NCBI GenBank assembly: GCA_963842525.1
Contig: CAWJGT010000003.1
Location: 256,001-320,000, forward strand
Origin: an uncultured Holophagales bacterium
GTDB taxonomy: Bacteria; Acidobacteriota; Thermoanaerobaculia; Multivoradales; UBA5704
Direction: 5' to 3'
Length of the DNA stretch: 64,000 nucleotides
Under the pieces are notes generated by a model. It worked only from the letters and a program-made list of their open reading frames with translations. It was not told the origin of the DNA and made no database searches. Below, piece after piece: positions 50,553 to 62,716 of this stretch. Positions within the stretch are counted from its first letter, which is position 1; every line of letters begins with the position of its first letter. A program made the translations under genes and the position numbers.

Positions 50553-51381
50553 ATGCCCATCAAGGAAAGAAAGCCGATCAATTCGTCGAGCCGGTTCCAG
50601 ACCTACGTCACGTTCGAGGAGGTCACCCGGGACCGGCCGCACAAGCCGCTGACCGAGGGGAAGAAGAAGACCGGCGGGCGCAACAACAAGGGCCAACTCA
50701 CCTCGTGGTGGCGCGGCGGCGGCCACAAGCGCCGCTATCGCGTGGTCGACTTCAAGCGCGAGAAGCACGGCATTCCTGCGAAGGTCGCGAGCGTCGAATA
50801 CGACCCCAACCGGTCGGCCCGCATCGCGCTGCTCCACTACGTCGACGGCGAGAAGCGCTACATCCTCTGGCCGGACGGGCTGGCGGTGGGCTCGACCGTC
50901 GTGTCGGGCGACACCGTCGAGGTCAACGTCGGCAACGCGCTGCCGCTCGCGCAAGATCCCCCTGGGCACGGTGGTCCACAACATCGAGCTCAAGATCGGC
51001 AAGGGCGGCCAGATGGTGCGCAGCGCCGGCACCGGCGCCCAGCTCATGGCGCGCGAGGGCTCGTGGGCGCAGGTCAAGCTCCCTTCGGGCGAGGTGCGCA
51101 AGGTCCACGTCGACTGCTACGCCACCATCGGCCAGGTGGGCAACCTGGACCATGAGAACGTGTCGATCGGCAAGGCGGGGCGCAACCGCTGGCTCGGCTG
51201 GCGGTCGCACAACCGCGGCGTCACCATGAACCCCGTGGACCACCCGATGGGCGGCGGCGAGGGCCGGACCTCCGGCGGCCGCCATCCCACGACGCCGTGG
51301 GGCGTGCCGACCAAGGGTTACAAGACCCGGAACAACAAACGCACGGACCGGATGATCGTCCGCCGCCGCAACAAGAAGTAA
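50553..51381 (+). CDS. rplB: 50S ribosomal protein L2 (one frameshift near 50955, probable sequencing error)
   Basis: [26 protein letters not shown]; then [20 protein letters not shown] in another frame. Confidence 0.97.
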
Positions 51382-51396
51382 GGACCGGAGAGAGAC

Positions 51397-51684
51397 ATGT
51401 CGCGTTCACTCAAAAAGGGCTACTTCATCGACGACCATCTGGTCGCCAAGATCAACGGGATGAACGACCGGGGGGACAAGCGGGTCATCCGCACCTGGTC
51501 GCGCCGCTCGACGGTCATCCCGGAGATGGTCGGGCACACCCTCGCGGTGCACAACGGCAACAAGTTCATTCCGGTGTACGTCAGCGAGAACATGGTCGGG
51601 CACAAGCTCGGCGAGTTCGCCATGACCCGGACCTTCCGCGGCCACGGCGGCAAGAAGGCCGAGAAGGGCGCCAGGCCCCGGTGA
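51397..51684 (+). CDS. rpsS: 30S ribosomal protein S19
   Basis: [21 protein letters not shown]. Confidence 0.99.
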   Translation: MSRSLKKGYFIDDHLVAKINGMNDRGDKRVIRTWSRRSTVIPEMVGHTLAVHNGNKFIPVYVSENMVGHKLGEFAMTRTFRGHGGKKAEKGARPR

Positions 51685-51701
51685 CCGGAGGGATTGAGAT
51701 C

Positions 51702-52052
51702 ATGGAAGTGACAGCGCGGCTTCGTTATCTGCAGGGCTCGGCGCAGAAGGTGCGGCTGGTGGCCGACCTGATCCGCGGCAAGGGGGTCCAGGAGGCGGTC
51801 AACCTCCTCCAGGTCACCAACAAGGTGGCGGCCAAGCACGTGCAGAAGTGTCTCAAGTCGGCGATCGCCAACGCGGAGAACCGGGAGGACCACGTCGACG
51901 TGGACCGGCTCTACGTCAAGGAGATCTTCGTCGACGGAGGTCCGATGCTGAAGCGGATCCAGCCGGCACCGATGGGGCGGGCGTTCCGCATCCTCAAGCG
52001 GCAGAGCCACATCACGATCAAGCTCGACACCCGCAAGGGTGACGGCAGGTAG
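51702..52052 (+). CDS. rplV: 50S ribosomal protein L22
   Basis: KVRLVADLIRG, SAIANA, SHITI. Confidence 0.98.
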   Translation: MEVTARLRYLQGSAQKVRLVADLIRGKGVQEAVNLLQVTNKVAAKHVQKCLKSAIANAENREDHVDVDRLYVKEIFVDGGPMLKRIQPAPMGRAFRILKRQSHITIKLDTRKGDGR

Positions 52053-52064
52053 GAGAGGACGAAC

Positions 52065-52715
52065 GTGGGTCAGAAAACGCACCCCTACGGGTTCCGGCTC
52101 GTCTACAACAAGACCTGGCATTCGCGCTGGTACGGCGACGCCAAATACGCCGACACCCTGCACGAAGACCTGAAGCTGCGCGCCCGCCTGAAGAGCCGGC
52201 TCGCCCATGCGGGCGTGTCCGAAGTCGACATCGAGCGCGCGGCCGACAAGCTGCGGGTGAGCATCTACACGTCGCGGCCGGGCATCATCATCGGCCGCCG
52301 CGGCGCCGAGGTGGACAAGCTGCGCGACGACCTCCAGAAGGAGATGGGGCGCGAGGTCCACATCAACATCCAGGAGATCCAGCGGCCGGAGCTCGACGCC
52401 CAGCTCGTGGCGCAGTCGATCGCCGGCCAGCTCGAGCGGCGCGTCTCCTTCCGCCGGGCCATGAAGAAGGCCATGGAGTCGGCCTTCCGGTTCGGTGCCA
52501 AGGGGGTCAAGATCATGGTCAGCGGCCGCCTGGGCGGCGCCGAGATCGCGCGCTCCGAGTGGTACCAGGAGGGGCGGCTGCCGCTCCACACCCTGAAGGC
52601 CGACATCGACTACGGCTTCGCCGAGTCGCGGACCACCTACGGCGTCATCGGCTGCAAGGTGTGGGTCTACAAGGGCGATCTCCTGAAGGAAAAGAGCCGG
52701 CGCGCGAGCGCGTAG
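52065..52715 (+). CDS. rpsC: 30S ribosomal protein S3
   Basis: [29 protein letters not shown]. Confidence 0.99.
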   Translation: MGQKTHPYGFRLVYNKTWHSRWYGDAKYADTLHEDLKLRARLKSRLAHAGVSEVDIERAADKLRVSIYTSRPGIIIGRRGAEVDKLRDDLQKEMGREVHINIQEIQRPELDAQLVAQSIAGQLERRVSFRRAMKKAMESAFRFGAKGVKIMVSGRLGGAEIARSEWYQEGRLPLHTLKADIDYGFAESRTTYGVIGCKVWVYKGDLLKEKSRRASA

Positions 52716-52745
52716 AGAAACAGTGCCCGTTCGGAGATTTTTCTC

Positions 52746-53165
<420 letters not shown>

Positions 53166-53169
53166 GGAG

Positions 53170-53370
53170 ATGAAAGCATCACAATTTCGTGATCAGACCG
53201 TCGAGGAGCTGCGCGAGCGTGAGCGCGAGCTGTCCGAGCAGCTCTTCGCCCTGCGCCTGCAGAAGGTGACCGGCCAGCTCGAGAAGCCGGCGCGTATCCG
53301 CGAGGTGCGCAAGGACCTCGCGCGGGTGTTGACCGTCCTGCACGAGAAGCGCGGACAGGTCCGAGCTTAG
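53170..53370 (+). CDS. rpmC: 50S ribosomal protein L29
   Basis: [20 protein letters not shown]. Confidence 0.97.
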   Translation: MKASQFRDQTVEELRERERELSEQLFALRLQKVTGQLEKPARIREVRKDLARVLTVLHEKRGQVRA

Positions 53371-53378
53371 GAGAACCC

Positions 53379-53690
53379 ATGGCCCAGATGGCGGAAAACA
53401 CGGCGGAAAAAACAGAGCAGACCCAGGACGCCGGCGATGCGCGCGGGCGGCGGCAGGTCAAGGTGGGCAAGGTGGTGAGCAACAAGATGGACAAGACGGT
53501 GGTCGTGACGGTCGAGAACACCGTGACCCACCGGCTCTACCACCGCGGCATGAAGAGGACCTCCAAGTTCGCGGCGCACGACGAGGAGAACCGTTGCAAT
53601 GTCGGAGACCTGGTGGAGATCGTCTCCAGCCGGCCGCTCTCCAGGACCAAGCGCTGGCGGGTCCGCGAGATCCTGCAGCGCGCCGAGTAG
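53379..53690 (+). CDS. rpsQ: 30S ribosomal protein S17
   Basis: [23 protein letters not shown]. Confidence 0.98.
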   Translation: MAQMAENTAEKTEQTQDAGDARGRRQVKVGKVVSNKMDKTVVVTVENTVTHRLYHRGMKRTSKFAAHDEENRCNVGDLVEIVSSRPLSRTKRWRVREILQRAE

Positions 53691-53699
53691 AGGTGAGCG

Positions 53700-54068
53700 A
53701 TGATCCAGATGGGAACGATTCTCGACGTGGCGGACAACTCGGGCGCGAAGAAGATCGCCTGCATCCACCTGCGGGGCGGATCGGCCGGGCAGTACGGGCG
53801 CCTGGGCGACGTGATCACCGCCTCGGTCAAGGAGGCGGCGCCCGACGGGACGGTCAAGAAGGGCCAGGTCGTCAGGGCGGTCATCGTGCGCACGGTCAAG
53901 GAGCAGCGGCGCAAGGACGGGAGCTATATCCGCTTCGATACCAACTCCGCCGTTCTGGTCAACGATGCGGGCGAGCCCGTCGGCACGCGCGTCTTCGGTC
54001 CGGTGGCGCGGGAGCTGCGCGAGCGGCGGTTCATGAAAATCGTCTCCCTGGCGCCGGAGGTGATCTGA
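53700..54068 (+). CDS. rplN: 50S ribosomal protein L14
   Basis: [20 protein letters not shown]. Confidence 0.99.
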   Translation: MIQMGTILDVADNSGAKKIACIHLRGGSAGQYGRLGDVITASVKEAAPDGTVKKGQVVRAVIVRTVKEQRRKDGSYIRFDTNSAVLVNDAGEPVGTRVFGPVARELRERRFMKIVSLAPEVI

Positions 54069-54069
54069 G

Positions 54070-54393
54070 ATGGAAAAATTGAAAGTCCGGAAAAACGACC
54101 AGGTGCTCGTGACGTCGGGCAAGGACCGGGGGGCGCGCGGCCGTGTGCTGCGCGTGCTCGCCGGCGAAGGCAAGGCGATCGTCGAGCGCGTGAACATGAT
54201 CAAGCGGCACACCAAGCCCAACCCGAACAAGGGGGTTCAGGGTGGCATCCTCGAGCGCGAGGCGCCGATCCAGGTGTCGAACCTGAAGGTCGTCTGCCCG
54301 GAGTGCGGCAAGCCGTCGCGGCTGGGCCGCAAGCGGCTCGAAGACGGCCGCGGCGTGCGGGTGTGCAAGAGCTGCGGCGCTACTTTCGGTTGA
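54070..54393 (+). CDS. rplX: 50S ribosomal protein L24
   Basis: KOW motif [13 protein letters not shown], two CxxC pairs. Confidence 0.98.
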   Translation: MEKLKVRKNDQVLVTSGKDRGARGRVLRVLAGEGKAIVERVNMIKRHTKPNPNKGVQGGILEREAPIQVSNLKVVCPECGKPSRLGRKRLEDGRGVRVCKSCGATFG

Positions 54394-54407
54394 GGTTTCG
54401 AAAGGAC

Positions 54408-55067
54408 ATGGCTAAGAACAAGGCGGACACGAAGGGCGAAAAGGGTGGCGGCAAGGCCGCGAAGGCGGGGGCCCGGCCCTCGTCCCAGGCGGCAGACGTC
54501 GAGGCACGCCCGACGCCCGAGGGGTATGTGCCGCGTCTGAGGCAGCGCTACCTCGAGGAGGTCGTGCCACGGCTCCAGAAGGAGTTCGGCATCGGCAACG
54601 TCATGGCGGTGCCGCGGATCGAGAAGATCTCGCTCAACATGGGCGTGGGCGAGGCGATCCAGAACATCAAGATCCTCGACGACGCGGTCGAGGAGATGGC
54701 GGCCCTCGCCGGCCAGCGGCCGGCGATCACGCGGGCGCAGAAGTCGATCGCCGCGTTCAAGGTGCGCCAGGGCATGCCCATCGGCTGCCGGGTGACCTTG
54801 AGAGGGAAGCGCATGTGGGAGTTCCTGGACCGGCTGATCACGATCGCGCTGCCGCGCGTGCGCGACTTCCGCGGCGTCTCGGCCAAGAGCTTCGACGGCC
54901 GCGGCAACTACACCGTCGGTATCCGGGACCATCTGATCTTCACCGAGGTCGACTACAACAAGGTCGAGAAGCCCAAGGGGATGAACATCACGATCGTGAC
55001 GACCGCGGGCAACGACGAGCGCTGCCAGTACCTGCTGCGCGAGCTCGGCATGCCGTTCCAGCGCTAG
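54408..55067 (+). CDS. rplE: 50S ribosomal protein L5 (N-terminal extension)
   Basis: [33 protein letters not shown]. Confidence 0.98.
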   Translation: MAKNKADTKGEKGGGKAAKAGARPSSQAADVEARPTPEGYVPRLRQRYLEEVVPRLQKEFGIGNVMAVPRIEKISLNMGVGEAIQNIKILDDAVEEMAALAGQRPAITRAQKSIAAFKVRQGMPIGCRVTLRGKRMWEFLDRLITIALPRVRDFRGVSAKSFDGRGNYTVGIRDHLIFTEVDYNKVEKPKGMNITIVTTAGNDERCQYLLRELGMPFQR

Positions 55068-55076
55068 GAGACGCCA

Positions 55077-55262
55077 GTGGCTACGACTGCAAAGATCGCC
55101 AAAGAGAAGAAGAAGCTGAAGTTCGAGATCCGCCACCGCAACCGGTGCCGGGTCTGCGGTCGGCCGCGCGGCTATTACCGCAAGTTCGGCCTGTGCCGGA
55201 TCCACATGCGGGATCTCGCGCTCCAGGGCTATCTGCCCGGCGTGATCAAGGCGAGCTGGTAG
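55077..55262 (+). CDS. rpsN: 30S ribosomal protein S14 type Z
   Basis: [25 protein letters not shown]. Confidence 0.98.
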   Translation: MATTAKIAKEKKKLKFEIRHRNRCRVCGRPRGYYRKFGLCRIHMRDLALQGYLPGVIKASW

Positions 55263-55280
55263 AGAGACGAGGAGACGACG

Positions 55281-55679
55281 ATGAGCATGACCGATCCCAT
55301 CGCGGACCTGCTGAGCCGGATCCGCAACGCCCATACGGCCAAGCACGACCGGCTGGACATACCCGTCTCCAAGCAGAAGCTGGAAGTCTGCCGGATCCTC
55401 AAGGAAGAGGGTTTCATCCGCAACTACCGGGTGGTCGAGGCGACTCCCGTGGGCACCCTGCGCGTCTTCCTGCGCTACAGCGCCGAAGGCGAGCCGGCGA
55501 TCAACCACGTGGAGCGCATCAGCAAGCCGGGCCGGCGGGTCTACCGCGGCGCCGGCGAGATCAAGCCGGTGCGCAACGGCCTCGGCGTGGGGATCGTCTC
55601 GACGTCGCAGGGCCTGCTCACCGACGCCCAGGCGCGCGAGCGCAAGGTCGGCGGCGAGATGATCTGCGAGCTCTGGTAG
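55281..55679 (+). CDS. rpsH: 30S ribosomal protein S8
   Basis: DPIADLLSRIRNA, ISKPGRRVY. Confidence 0.99.
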   Translation: MSMTDPIADLLSRIRNAHTAKHDRLDIPVSKQKLEVCRILKEEGFIRNYRVVEATPVGTLRVFLRYSAEGEPAINHVERISKPGRRVYRGAGEIKPVRNGLGVGIVSTSQGLLTDAQARERKVGGEMICELW

Positions 55680-55717
55680 AGCGGACGTTGGTAGGACGCT
55701 GGTAGGAGATAACCGAG

Positions 55718-56269
55718 ATGTCGCGCATAGGAAGAATGCCGATCCAGGTTCCGAGCGGGACCTCCATAGAGCTCAAGGACGGGGTGTTCACCGCCCAGGG
55801 CCCCAAGGGCCAGGTGGCGCAGCCGGTGTTCGACGGCTACCCCGTGAACGTGGAAGGGAACGTCGTGACGATCACGCGGCCGGGCGACACCGGGCCGGAG
55901 CGCGCCCGGCACGGCCTGCTGCGGGCGCTGCTCGCCAACGCCGTGCAAGGGGTGTCGGCCGGCTTCACCCGGCAGCTCGACATCGTCGGCGTCGGCTATC
56001 GCGCCGAGGTGAAGGGCGACCGTGTGCAGTTCGCGCTCGGCTACTCGCACCCGGTGCTCTATCCCATCCCCGAGGGGATCAAGATCGAGATCGACACCAA
56101 GGCCAACCGGGTCACCGTCACCGGCGCCGACCGCCAGCAGGTCGGGCAGGTGGCGGCGGAGATCCGCGGTTTGCGCCGGCCCGATCCCTACAAGGGGAAG
56201 GGGATCCGCTACACCGGCGAGATCCTGCGCCGCAAGGCGGGCAAGGCCGGCAAGGCCGGGGGCAAGTAG
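55718..56269 (+). CDS. rplF: 50S ribosomal protein L6
   Basis: MSRIG, GVGYRA, PYKGKGIRY. Confidence 0.99.
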   Translation: MSRIGRMPIQVPSGTSIELKDGVFTAQGPKGQVAQPVFDGYPVNVEGNVVTITRPGDTGPERARHGLLRALLANAVQGVSAGFTRQLDIVGVGYRAEVKGDRVQFALGYSHPVLYPIPEGIKIEIDTKANRVTVTGADRQQVGQVAAEIRGLRRPDPYKGKGIRYTGEILRRKAGKAGKAGGK

Positions 56270-56303
56270 ACCGGTAAGGCCGGTGGCAAGTAAGGGGTAA
56301 GCC

Positions 56304-56690
56304 ATGACCGAGCATGTGACGAAGAGAATGAAGAAGAAGCGGGAGCGCCGCGAGCGCGCCCACCAGAGGCTCCGCCAGCGGGTGCGCGGCACCGCCGAGC
56401 AGCCGCGCCTGTCGGTGTACAAGAGCCTGAAGTTCATCTATGTGCAGGTGATCGACGACGACCAGGGGCAAACCCTCGCGCAGGCGAGCTCGGCCGACGC
56501 GGACGTCCGGCAGCAGCTCTCCGGGTCGGGGAGCAACCAGCAGGCGGCGAAGCTCGTGGGCGAGACGATTGCCGCCCGGGCCAAGGAGAAGGGCATCGCG
56601 AAGGTGGTCTTCGACCGGGGCGGCTACGTCTATCACGGCAACGTCAAGGCGCTGGCCGACAGCGCCCGCGAGAAGGGTCTGCAGTTCTGA
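56304..56690 (+). CDS. rplR: 50S ribosomal protein L18
   Basis: [19 protein letters not shown]. Confidence 0.98.
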   Translation: MTEHVTKRMKKKRERRERAHQRLRQRVRGTAEQPRLSVYKSLKFIYVQVIDDDQGQTLAQASSADADVRQQLSGSGSNQQAAKLVGETIAARAKEKGIAKVVFDRGGYVYHGNVKALADSAREKGLQF

Positions 56691-56711
56691 GCCCGAAGGA
56701 AGGAGACGAGC

Positions 56712-57317
56712 TTGGCCAGGGAATTCGAGCGCGAGCGCGATAGTGAGTTTTTCGAGCAGGTCGTCCATATCAACCGCGTGACCAAGGTGGTCAAGGGTGG
56801 CAAGAACTTCTCGTTCTCCGCCCTGGTGGTGATCGGCGACGGCAACGGCCGTGTGGGCTATGGCGCCGGCAAGGCGAAAGAGGTGCCCTCGGCCATCCGC
56901 AAGGGGATCGAGATCGCCAAGCGGAACATGATCCAGGTGCCGGTCAAGGGGACCTCCATCCCCCACGAGGCGCTGGGCATTTTCGGCGCCGGCCGGGTGT
57001 TGTTGAAACCGGCCTCCCCGGGCACGGGCGTGATCGCCGGCGGTCCCGTGCGGGCCGTGGTCGAAGGGGCCGGCATCCAGGACATCCTGACCAAGTCGCT
57101 GGGCTCGACCAATCCCCACAACGTGGTGAAGGCGACCTTCGACGCGCTGCTGAGCCTGCGGAGCGAGGAGGACGTCATGCGCCTCCGCGGTATCACCGGC
57201 CGGGCCGATCGTGCCGACCGGGTGGAGAAGAAGCCGGGTCAGCCCGCCGGCCAGCCGGCGGCTGCGCCGGCTCCGGCCGTCGAGGAGGCCCCCGCCGAGC
57301 CTGCCGCGTCCCGCTGA
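56712..57317 (+). CDS. rpsE: 30S ribosomal protein S5
   Basis: [20 protein letters not shown]. Confidence 0.99.
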   Translation: MAREFERERDSEFFEQVVHINRVTKVVKGGKNFSFSALVVIGDGNGRVGYGAGKAKEVPSAIRKGIEIAKRNMIQVPVKGTSIPHEALGIFGAGRVLLKPASPGTGVIAGGPVRAVVEGAGIQDILTKSLGSTNPHNVVKATFDALLSLRSEEDVMRLRGITGRADRADRVEKKPGQPAGQPAAAPAPAVEEAPAEPAASR

Positions 57318-57387
57318 GCCCGCTGAGCCCGCTGAGAATACCGAGGCCGCCGAGGCTACGGCCTGATGAGCCCGGAGGACACGAGAG

Positions 57388-57591
57388 ATGGCTGACAACG
57401 AAGGGAAGAAGATCACGATCCGCCAGGTGCGCAGCTCCATCGGCACGCGCCGCGAGCACCGCGAGGTGCTTAAGGGGCTCGGCCTGCGGCGGATCCGTCA
57501 CGAGGTGGTGCGGGATGACACGCCCGCCGTCCGCGGCATGGTGAACAAGATCCGGTATCTGGTCGAGCTGGTCGAGACAGCCGAGGGGTGA
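57388..57591 (+). CDS. rpmD: 50S ribosomal protein L30
   Basis: VRSSIG, LGLRRI, AVRGMV. Confidence 0.97.
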   Translation: MADNEGKKITIRQVRSSIGTRREHREVLKGLGLRRIRHEVVRDDTPAVRGMVNKIRYLVELVETAEG

Positions 57592-57593
57592 TC

Positions 57594-58040
57594 ATGAAGC
57601 TACACGAGCTGTCCCCCGCCAGGGGAAGCAAGCATTCGAGAAAACGGGTAGGCCGCGGGCCCGGCTCCGGGCTCGGCAAAACCGCCGGGCGCGGCGAGAA
57701 GGGGCAGAAGTCCCGCAAGGGCTACAGCCAGCGCCTCGGCTTCGAGGGGGGCCAGATGCCTCTCGTCCGCCGTGTGCCCAAGCGCGGGTTCACCAACATC
57801 TGGAGGACGGAGTACGCCGTCATCAACGTCGGCGCCCTGGCCGAGCTCGACGGGCTCGACGGGGAGATCAGCCCCGAGGTGCTCGTCCAGCATGGTCTCG
57901 TGCGCTCCGGGATGCCGGTCAAGGTCCTGGGCGAGGGCGAGATCGGCAAGCCGCTGCGGGTGACGGCCCAGAAGTTCAGCAAGTCGGCCCGCGCCAAGAT
58001 CGAGGCGGCGGGCGGAACATGCGAGGAGCAGCAGGCGTGA
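57594..58040 (+). CDS. rplO: 50S ribosomal protein L15
   Basis: [20 protein letters not shown]. Confidence 0.99.
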   Translation: MKLHELSPARGSKHSRKRVGRGPGSGLGKTAGRGEKGQKSRKGYSQRLGFEGGQMPLVRRVPKRGFTNIWRTEYAVINVGALAELDGLDGEISPEVLVQHGLVRSGMPVKVLGEGEIGKPLRVTAQKFSKSARAKIEAAGGTCEEQQA

Positions 58041-59422
58041 TCGACAGCTTCCGGAACATCTTCGCCATCCCCGACCTGCGCAAGCGGGTGCTCTTCACCT
58101 TCGGGTTGCTGGCCGTCTACCGGATCGGGTGCTACATCCCGACCCCGGGCATCGACCCGCAGGCGCTGGTCGAGTTCATGCAGGCGGCCAAGCAAGGCTT
58201 CCTGGGGTTCGTCAACACCTTCACGGGCGGGAGCCTGGAGAAGATCGCGGTGTTCGCGCTGGGCATCATGCCCTACATCACCGCCTCGATCATCCTGCAG
58301 CTCCTGACCGTGGTGTGGCCCTACCTCGAGAAGCTGTCCAAGGAAGGGGAGCTGGGGCGGCGCAAGATCACCCAGTACACGCGCTACGGCACGGTGCTCA
58401 TCTCGATCATCCAGGGCACGGGCATCGCCTTGTTCCTGGAGAGCGTGACGACGCCGGGCGGCGCGGCGCTGGTGCCGAACCCGGGCTTCGGCTTCCGCAT
58501 CATGACCGTGATCACGCTGACCACCGGCACGGCCTTCGTCATGTGGCTGGGCGAGCAGATCAGCGAGCGCGGCATCGGCAACGGCATCTCGCTGATCATC
58601 TTCGCCGGCATCGTCGTGGGCCTCATCCCGGCGATCCTGCAGACGGTCGACAGCATCCAGAGCGGCAACCAGAGCCTGCTGCGGATCCTCGTGCTGCTGG
58701 CCTTCATGGTGGTCGTCGTGGCCTTCATCGTCTACATGGAGCGGGCGCAGCGGCGGATTCCGGTGCAGTACGCCAAGCGGGTGGTCGGCCGCCGGGTCTA
58801 CGGCGGGCAGAGCACCTATCTGCCGCTGCGGGTCAACTCGGGCGGCGTCATCCCGGTGATCTTCGCCAGCTCGGTGGTGACCGTGCCGACGGTGATCGCC
58901 GGCATGTTCCAGGAGACCGAGTGGGTGCAGCGGCTCGCGGGCTTCATCGGCTACGGGCAGCCGATCTACTACCTGCTGCAGGTCATCACCATCATCTTCT
59001 TCTCGTACTTCTACATCTCGATCATCTTCAACCCGGCGGACCTCGCCGAGAACATGCGGAAGTACGGCGGGTTCATCCCGGGCATCCGGCCGGGCAAGCG
59101 GACGGCCGAGTACATCGACCGCATCCTGACCCGGTTGACGCTGGTCGGCTCGCTCTACCTGGCGGCGGTGACCGTGCTGCCGGAGTTCCTGCTGACCGGT
59201 TTCCACGTGCAGGGGCTGCCGTGGCTCGGACCACGGATCGCGGGATACTTCCCGGAATGGTTCACCACCGGCCTGGGGATCAACTTCTATTTCGGCGGCA
59301 CCTCGCTCCTCATCGTGGTCGGCGTCGCGATGGACACACTCCAGCAGGTGGAGAGCCAGCTCGTGATGCGCAACTACGAGGGGTTCATGAAGAAGGGTCG
59401 CATCCGTGGGCGCCGGAGCTGA
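58037..59422 (+). CDS. secY: preprotein translocase subunit SecY
   Basis: [40 protein letters not shown]. Confidence 0.99.
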   Translation: MIDSFRNIFAIPDLRKRVLFTFGLLAVYRIGCYIPTPGIDPQALVEFMQAAKQGFLGFVNTFTGGSLEKIAVFALGIMPYITASIILQLLTVVWPYLEKLSKEGELGRRKITQYTRYGTVLISIIQGTGIALFLESVTTPGGAALVPNPGFGFRIMTVITLTTGTAFVMWLGEQISERGIGNGISLIIFAGIVVGLIPAILQTVDSIQSGNQSLLRILVLLAFMVVVVAFIVYMERAQRRIPVQYAKRVVGRRVYGGQSTYLPLRVNSGGVIPVIFASSVVTVPTVIAGMFQETEWVQRLAGFIGYGQPIYYLLQVITIIFFSYFYISIIFNPADLAENMRKYGGFIPGIRPGKRTAEYIDRILTRLTLVGSLYLAAVTVLPEFLLTGFHVQGLPWLGPRIAGYFPEWFTTGLGINFYFGGTSLLIVVGVAMDTLQQVESQLVMRNYEGFMKKGRIRGRRS

Positions 59423-60002
59423 TCACGAGAATGGCACCGGTCCGCGGGTGGTCCTCCTGGGCCCGCCCGGCGCGGGCAAGGGGACGCAGGCGCACCTGTT
59501 GTGCCTGCGTCTCGCTGTCCCTGCCATCTCGACCGGCGACATGCTGCGCCAGGCGGTGGCGGACGGCAGCGAGCTCGGCCGGCGTGTCCAGGGCGTCATG
59601 GCCTCCGGCGAGCTGGTGGACGACAGCCTGATGGCCGAGGTGGTGCGCGAGCGGCTGGAGCGGCCGGACGCCCGGGGAGGATACCTGCTGGACGGCTATC
59701 CGCGGACCCTGTCGCAGGCGGAGACGCTCGCGGGGATCCTGCGGGAGTCCGGCCGGGACCTGAATGCTGTGCTGCTGGTCGAGGTGCCCGAGGACGAGCT
59801 GGTGCGGCGGATCCTGCTGCGCCGGCGGGGTGAGGACGACACCGAAGACGTGGTCCGGGAGCGCCTGCGCGTCTACCGGGAAAAAACGGAGCCGCTGATC
59901 GGTTATTATAGGGAGCGCGGTCTGCTGCGCGAGATCGACGGCGACCGGCCGGTCGAGGAGGTCGCCTCCCGGATGTCCGACGAGCTCGGGGTGAGCGGCT
60001 GA
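59406..60002 (+). CDS. adk: adenylate kinase (short LID)
   Basis: GPPGAGKGTQA, ISTGDMLR, LDGYPRT. Confidence 0.97.
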   Translation: MGAGADHENGTGPRVVLLGPPGAGKGTQAHLLCLRLAVPAISTGDMLRQAVADGSELGRRVQGVMASGELVDDSLMAEVVRERLERPDARGGYLLDGYPRTLSQAETLAGILRESGRDLNAVLLVEVPEDELVRRILLRRRGEDDTEDVVRERLRVYREKTEPLIGYYRERGLLREIDGDRPVEEVASRMSDELGVSG

Positions 60003-60751
60003 TGGTGCTCAAAACCCCGGGCGAAATCCAGTTGATGGACGAGGCCAACCGGATCGTCCGCCAGGTGCTGGACGAGGTGGGCCAGGCCATCGTTCCCGGG
60101 GTGACCCCGCGGGAGCTGGACCGCGTTGCGGAAAAAGTCATCCGTGGCGCCGGCGGCGTCCCGGCGTTCCTGAACTACCGGGGCTATCCGGCGACGCTGT
60201 GCATCTCGGTCAACGACGTCATCGTCCACGGCATCCCCAACAACGTCGCGCTGCAGGCGGGGGACATCGTGGGGATCGACTGCGGTGTCATGTACAAGGG
60301 GTACTACGGCGACGCGGCGCGGACCTTTGCGGTGGGGGAGATCTCGACGGAGGCCCAGCGGCTCCTGGCGGTGACCGAGGAGGCGTTGCGGCGGGCGGTC
60401 GCGCAGGTGCGCCCCGGCGGGCGTCTCGGGGACATCGGGTACGCCGTACAGCGTTACGCCGAGAGCCAGGGGTTCTCGGTCGTGCGCGAGTTTTCGGGAC
60501 ACGGGATCGGCACCGCGCTGCATGAGGACCCACAGATCCCGAACTACGGAGCGCCGGGCAAGGGCCCGAAGCTCAAGCCCGGGATGGTCCTGGCGATCGA
60601 GCCGATGGTCAACGCAGGAGGCTGCGGCGTCCGCATGGACGCCGACGGCTGGACGGCGCGGACCGAGGACGGCTCACTCTCGGCCCACTTCGAGTACTCC
60701 GTGGCAGTGACCCCGCAGGGGTCCCGGGTGCTCGGGTGGGACCGGATCTGA
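60002..60751 (+). CDS. map: type I methionine aminopeptidase
   Basis: SVNDVIVHGIP, GHGIG..LHEDP, AIEPM, AHFE. Confidence 0.98.
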   Translation: MVLKTPGEIQLMDEANRIVRQVLDEVGQAIVPGVTPRELDRVAEKVIRGAGGVPAFLNYRGYPATLCISVNDVIVHGIPNNVALQAGDIVGIDCGVMYKGYYGDAARTFAVGEISTEAQRLLAVTEEALRRAVAQVRPGGRLGDIGYAVQRYAESQGFSVVREFSGHGIGTALHEDPQIPNYGAPGKGPKLKPGMVLAIEPMVNAGGCGVRMDADGWTARTEDGSLSAHFEYSVAVTPQGSRVLGWDRI

Positions 60752-60776
60752 TTTCTGATTGAGAGAGGAAGGACGA

Positions 60777-60998
60777 TTGTCCAAGAAAGAAGAGGCGATC
60801 GAGGTCGAGGCGACGGTGATCGAGCCGCTGCCGAACGCGATGTTCCGGGTGCAGCTCGACAACAAACACCAGGTTCTGGCGCACATTTCCGGGAAGATGC
60901 GCAAGCACTTCATCCGGATCCTGCCCGGGGACCGCGTCCTCGTCGAGCTGTCGCCGTACGACCTCAACCGGGGACGCATCGTCTACCGTTTGAAGTAG
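60777..60998 (+). CDS. infA: translation initiation factor IF-1
   Basis: [24 protein letters not shown]; TTG start. Confidence 0.98.
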   Translation: MSKKEEAIEVEATVIEPLPNAMFRVQLDNKHQVLAHISGKMRKHFIRILPGDRVLVELSPYDLNRGRIVYRLK

Positions 60999-61019
60999 CG
61001 GCTGGAAAGGGAATCGGTC

Positions 61020-61133
61020 ATGAAAGTACGTTCATCCGTCAAGCGGATCTGCCCCAAGTGCAAAGTCGTGCGGCGCAAGGGCGTCGTGCGGGTGATCTGC
61101 GAGAACCCGAAACATAAACAGCGTCAGGGATAG
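61020..61133 (+). CDS. rpmJ: 50S ribosomal protein L36
   Basis: Read from sequence: [37 protein letters not shown]. Confidence 0.98.
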   Translation: MKVRSSVKRICPKCKVVRRKGVVRVICENPKHKQRQG

Positions 61134-61141
61134 GAAGAGCT

Positions 61142-61525
61142 ATGGCACGTATCGCAGGGGTCGACCTGCCCCAGAACAAGCAGGTATGGATCGGGCTCAC
61201 GTACATCTACGGCATCGGCCGGTCGCGCTCGCGCGACATCCTGGCCAAGTCGCAGGTGCCCGACACGACGAAGGTGAAGGATCTGACCGAGGACGAGGCG
61301 CGCCGCATCCGTAAGGTCATCACGGATGAGGGCCGGGTCGAGGGCGACCTGCGCAAGGAGGTCAGCCAGAACATCAAGCGCCTGATGGAGATCGGCTGCT
61401 ACCGCGGTGTCCGTCACCGCCGGGGCCTGCCGGCGCGCGGCCAGCGGACGCAGACCAACGCACGCACACGCAAGGGGCCGCGGCGCGGCGCCGTGGCGGG
61501 CAGGAAAAAGGCGACCAAGAAGTAA
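61142..61525 (+). CDS. rpsM: 30S ribosomal protein S13
   Basis: [24 protein letters not shown]. Confidence 0.99.
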   Translation: MARIAGVDLPQNKQVWIGLTYIYGIGRSRSRDILAKSQVPDTTKVKDLTEDEARRIRKVITDEGRVEGDLRKEVSQNIKRLMEIGCYRGVRHRRGLPARGQRTQTNARTRKGPRRGAVAGRKKATKK

Positions 61526-61549
61526 GGTCGTAGCGAGGAGAGCTAGGAG

Positions 61550-61951
61550 ATGGCCAAAACGGATAAGAAGGACCGGAAGAGCACCAAGAAGCGGGAGAAG
61601 CGCAACGTCCCGCACGGCGTGGCGCACATCCAGTCGACCTTCAACAACACGATCATCTCGATCTCGGACCCGGAGGGCAACCTGCTGTCCTGGTCGTCCG
61701 CGGGTCGGATCGGTTTCAAGGGCTCGCGCAAGGGCACTCCGTTCGCGGCCCAGGTGGCGGCGCAGAACGCCGGCAGCCACGTGAAGGACGTGGGCATGCG
61801 CTCGGTGGACGTCCTGGTCAAGGGACCGGGCGCCGGGCGCGAGTCGGCCGTCCGCGCGTTGCAGGCTTCGGGGCTGGAGGTGAAGTCCATCAAGGACGTC
61901 ACGCCCATCCCCCACAACGGCTGCCGTCCGCGCAAGCGCCGCCGCGTGTAA
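61550..61951 (+). CDS. rpsK: 30S ribosomal protein S11
   Basis: [19 protein letters not shown]. Confidence 0.99.
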   Translation: MAKTDKKDRKSTKKREKRNVPHGVAHIQSTFNNTIISISDPEGNLLSWSSAGRIGFKGSRKGTPFAAQVAAQNAGSHVKDVGMRSVDVLVKGPGAGRESAVRALQASGLEVKSIKDVTPIPHNGCRPRKRRRV

Positions 61952-62069
61952 GAGAGAGCAGGGCAGGGATCGCCGAGCCGCTTCGGGTGTGCCGGAGCGG
62001 CTTGTCTGGCGTCTTCCCAAGCTGAAGTCCCCGTAGCCTCGGGGAGAGGACGTCGAGGAGAGAACACAA

Positions 62070-62699
<630 letters not shown>

Positions 62700-62716
62700 T
62701 CGGGAAGGAGTCACGA

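Noticed and set aside
50940-50975. Programmed ribosomal frameshift in rplB
   Set aside because: No slippery heptamer is evident and the break is near a C homopolymer; a sequencing indel is more likely
61952-62069. Hairpin between rpsK and rpsD, and the long rpsL leader, as novel RNAs
   Set aside because: A GC-rich stem is present but nothing supports a specific RNA family; could be an ordinary processing or autoregulatory structure
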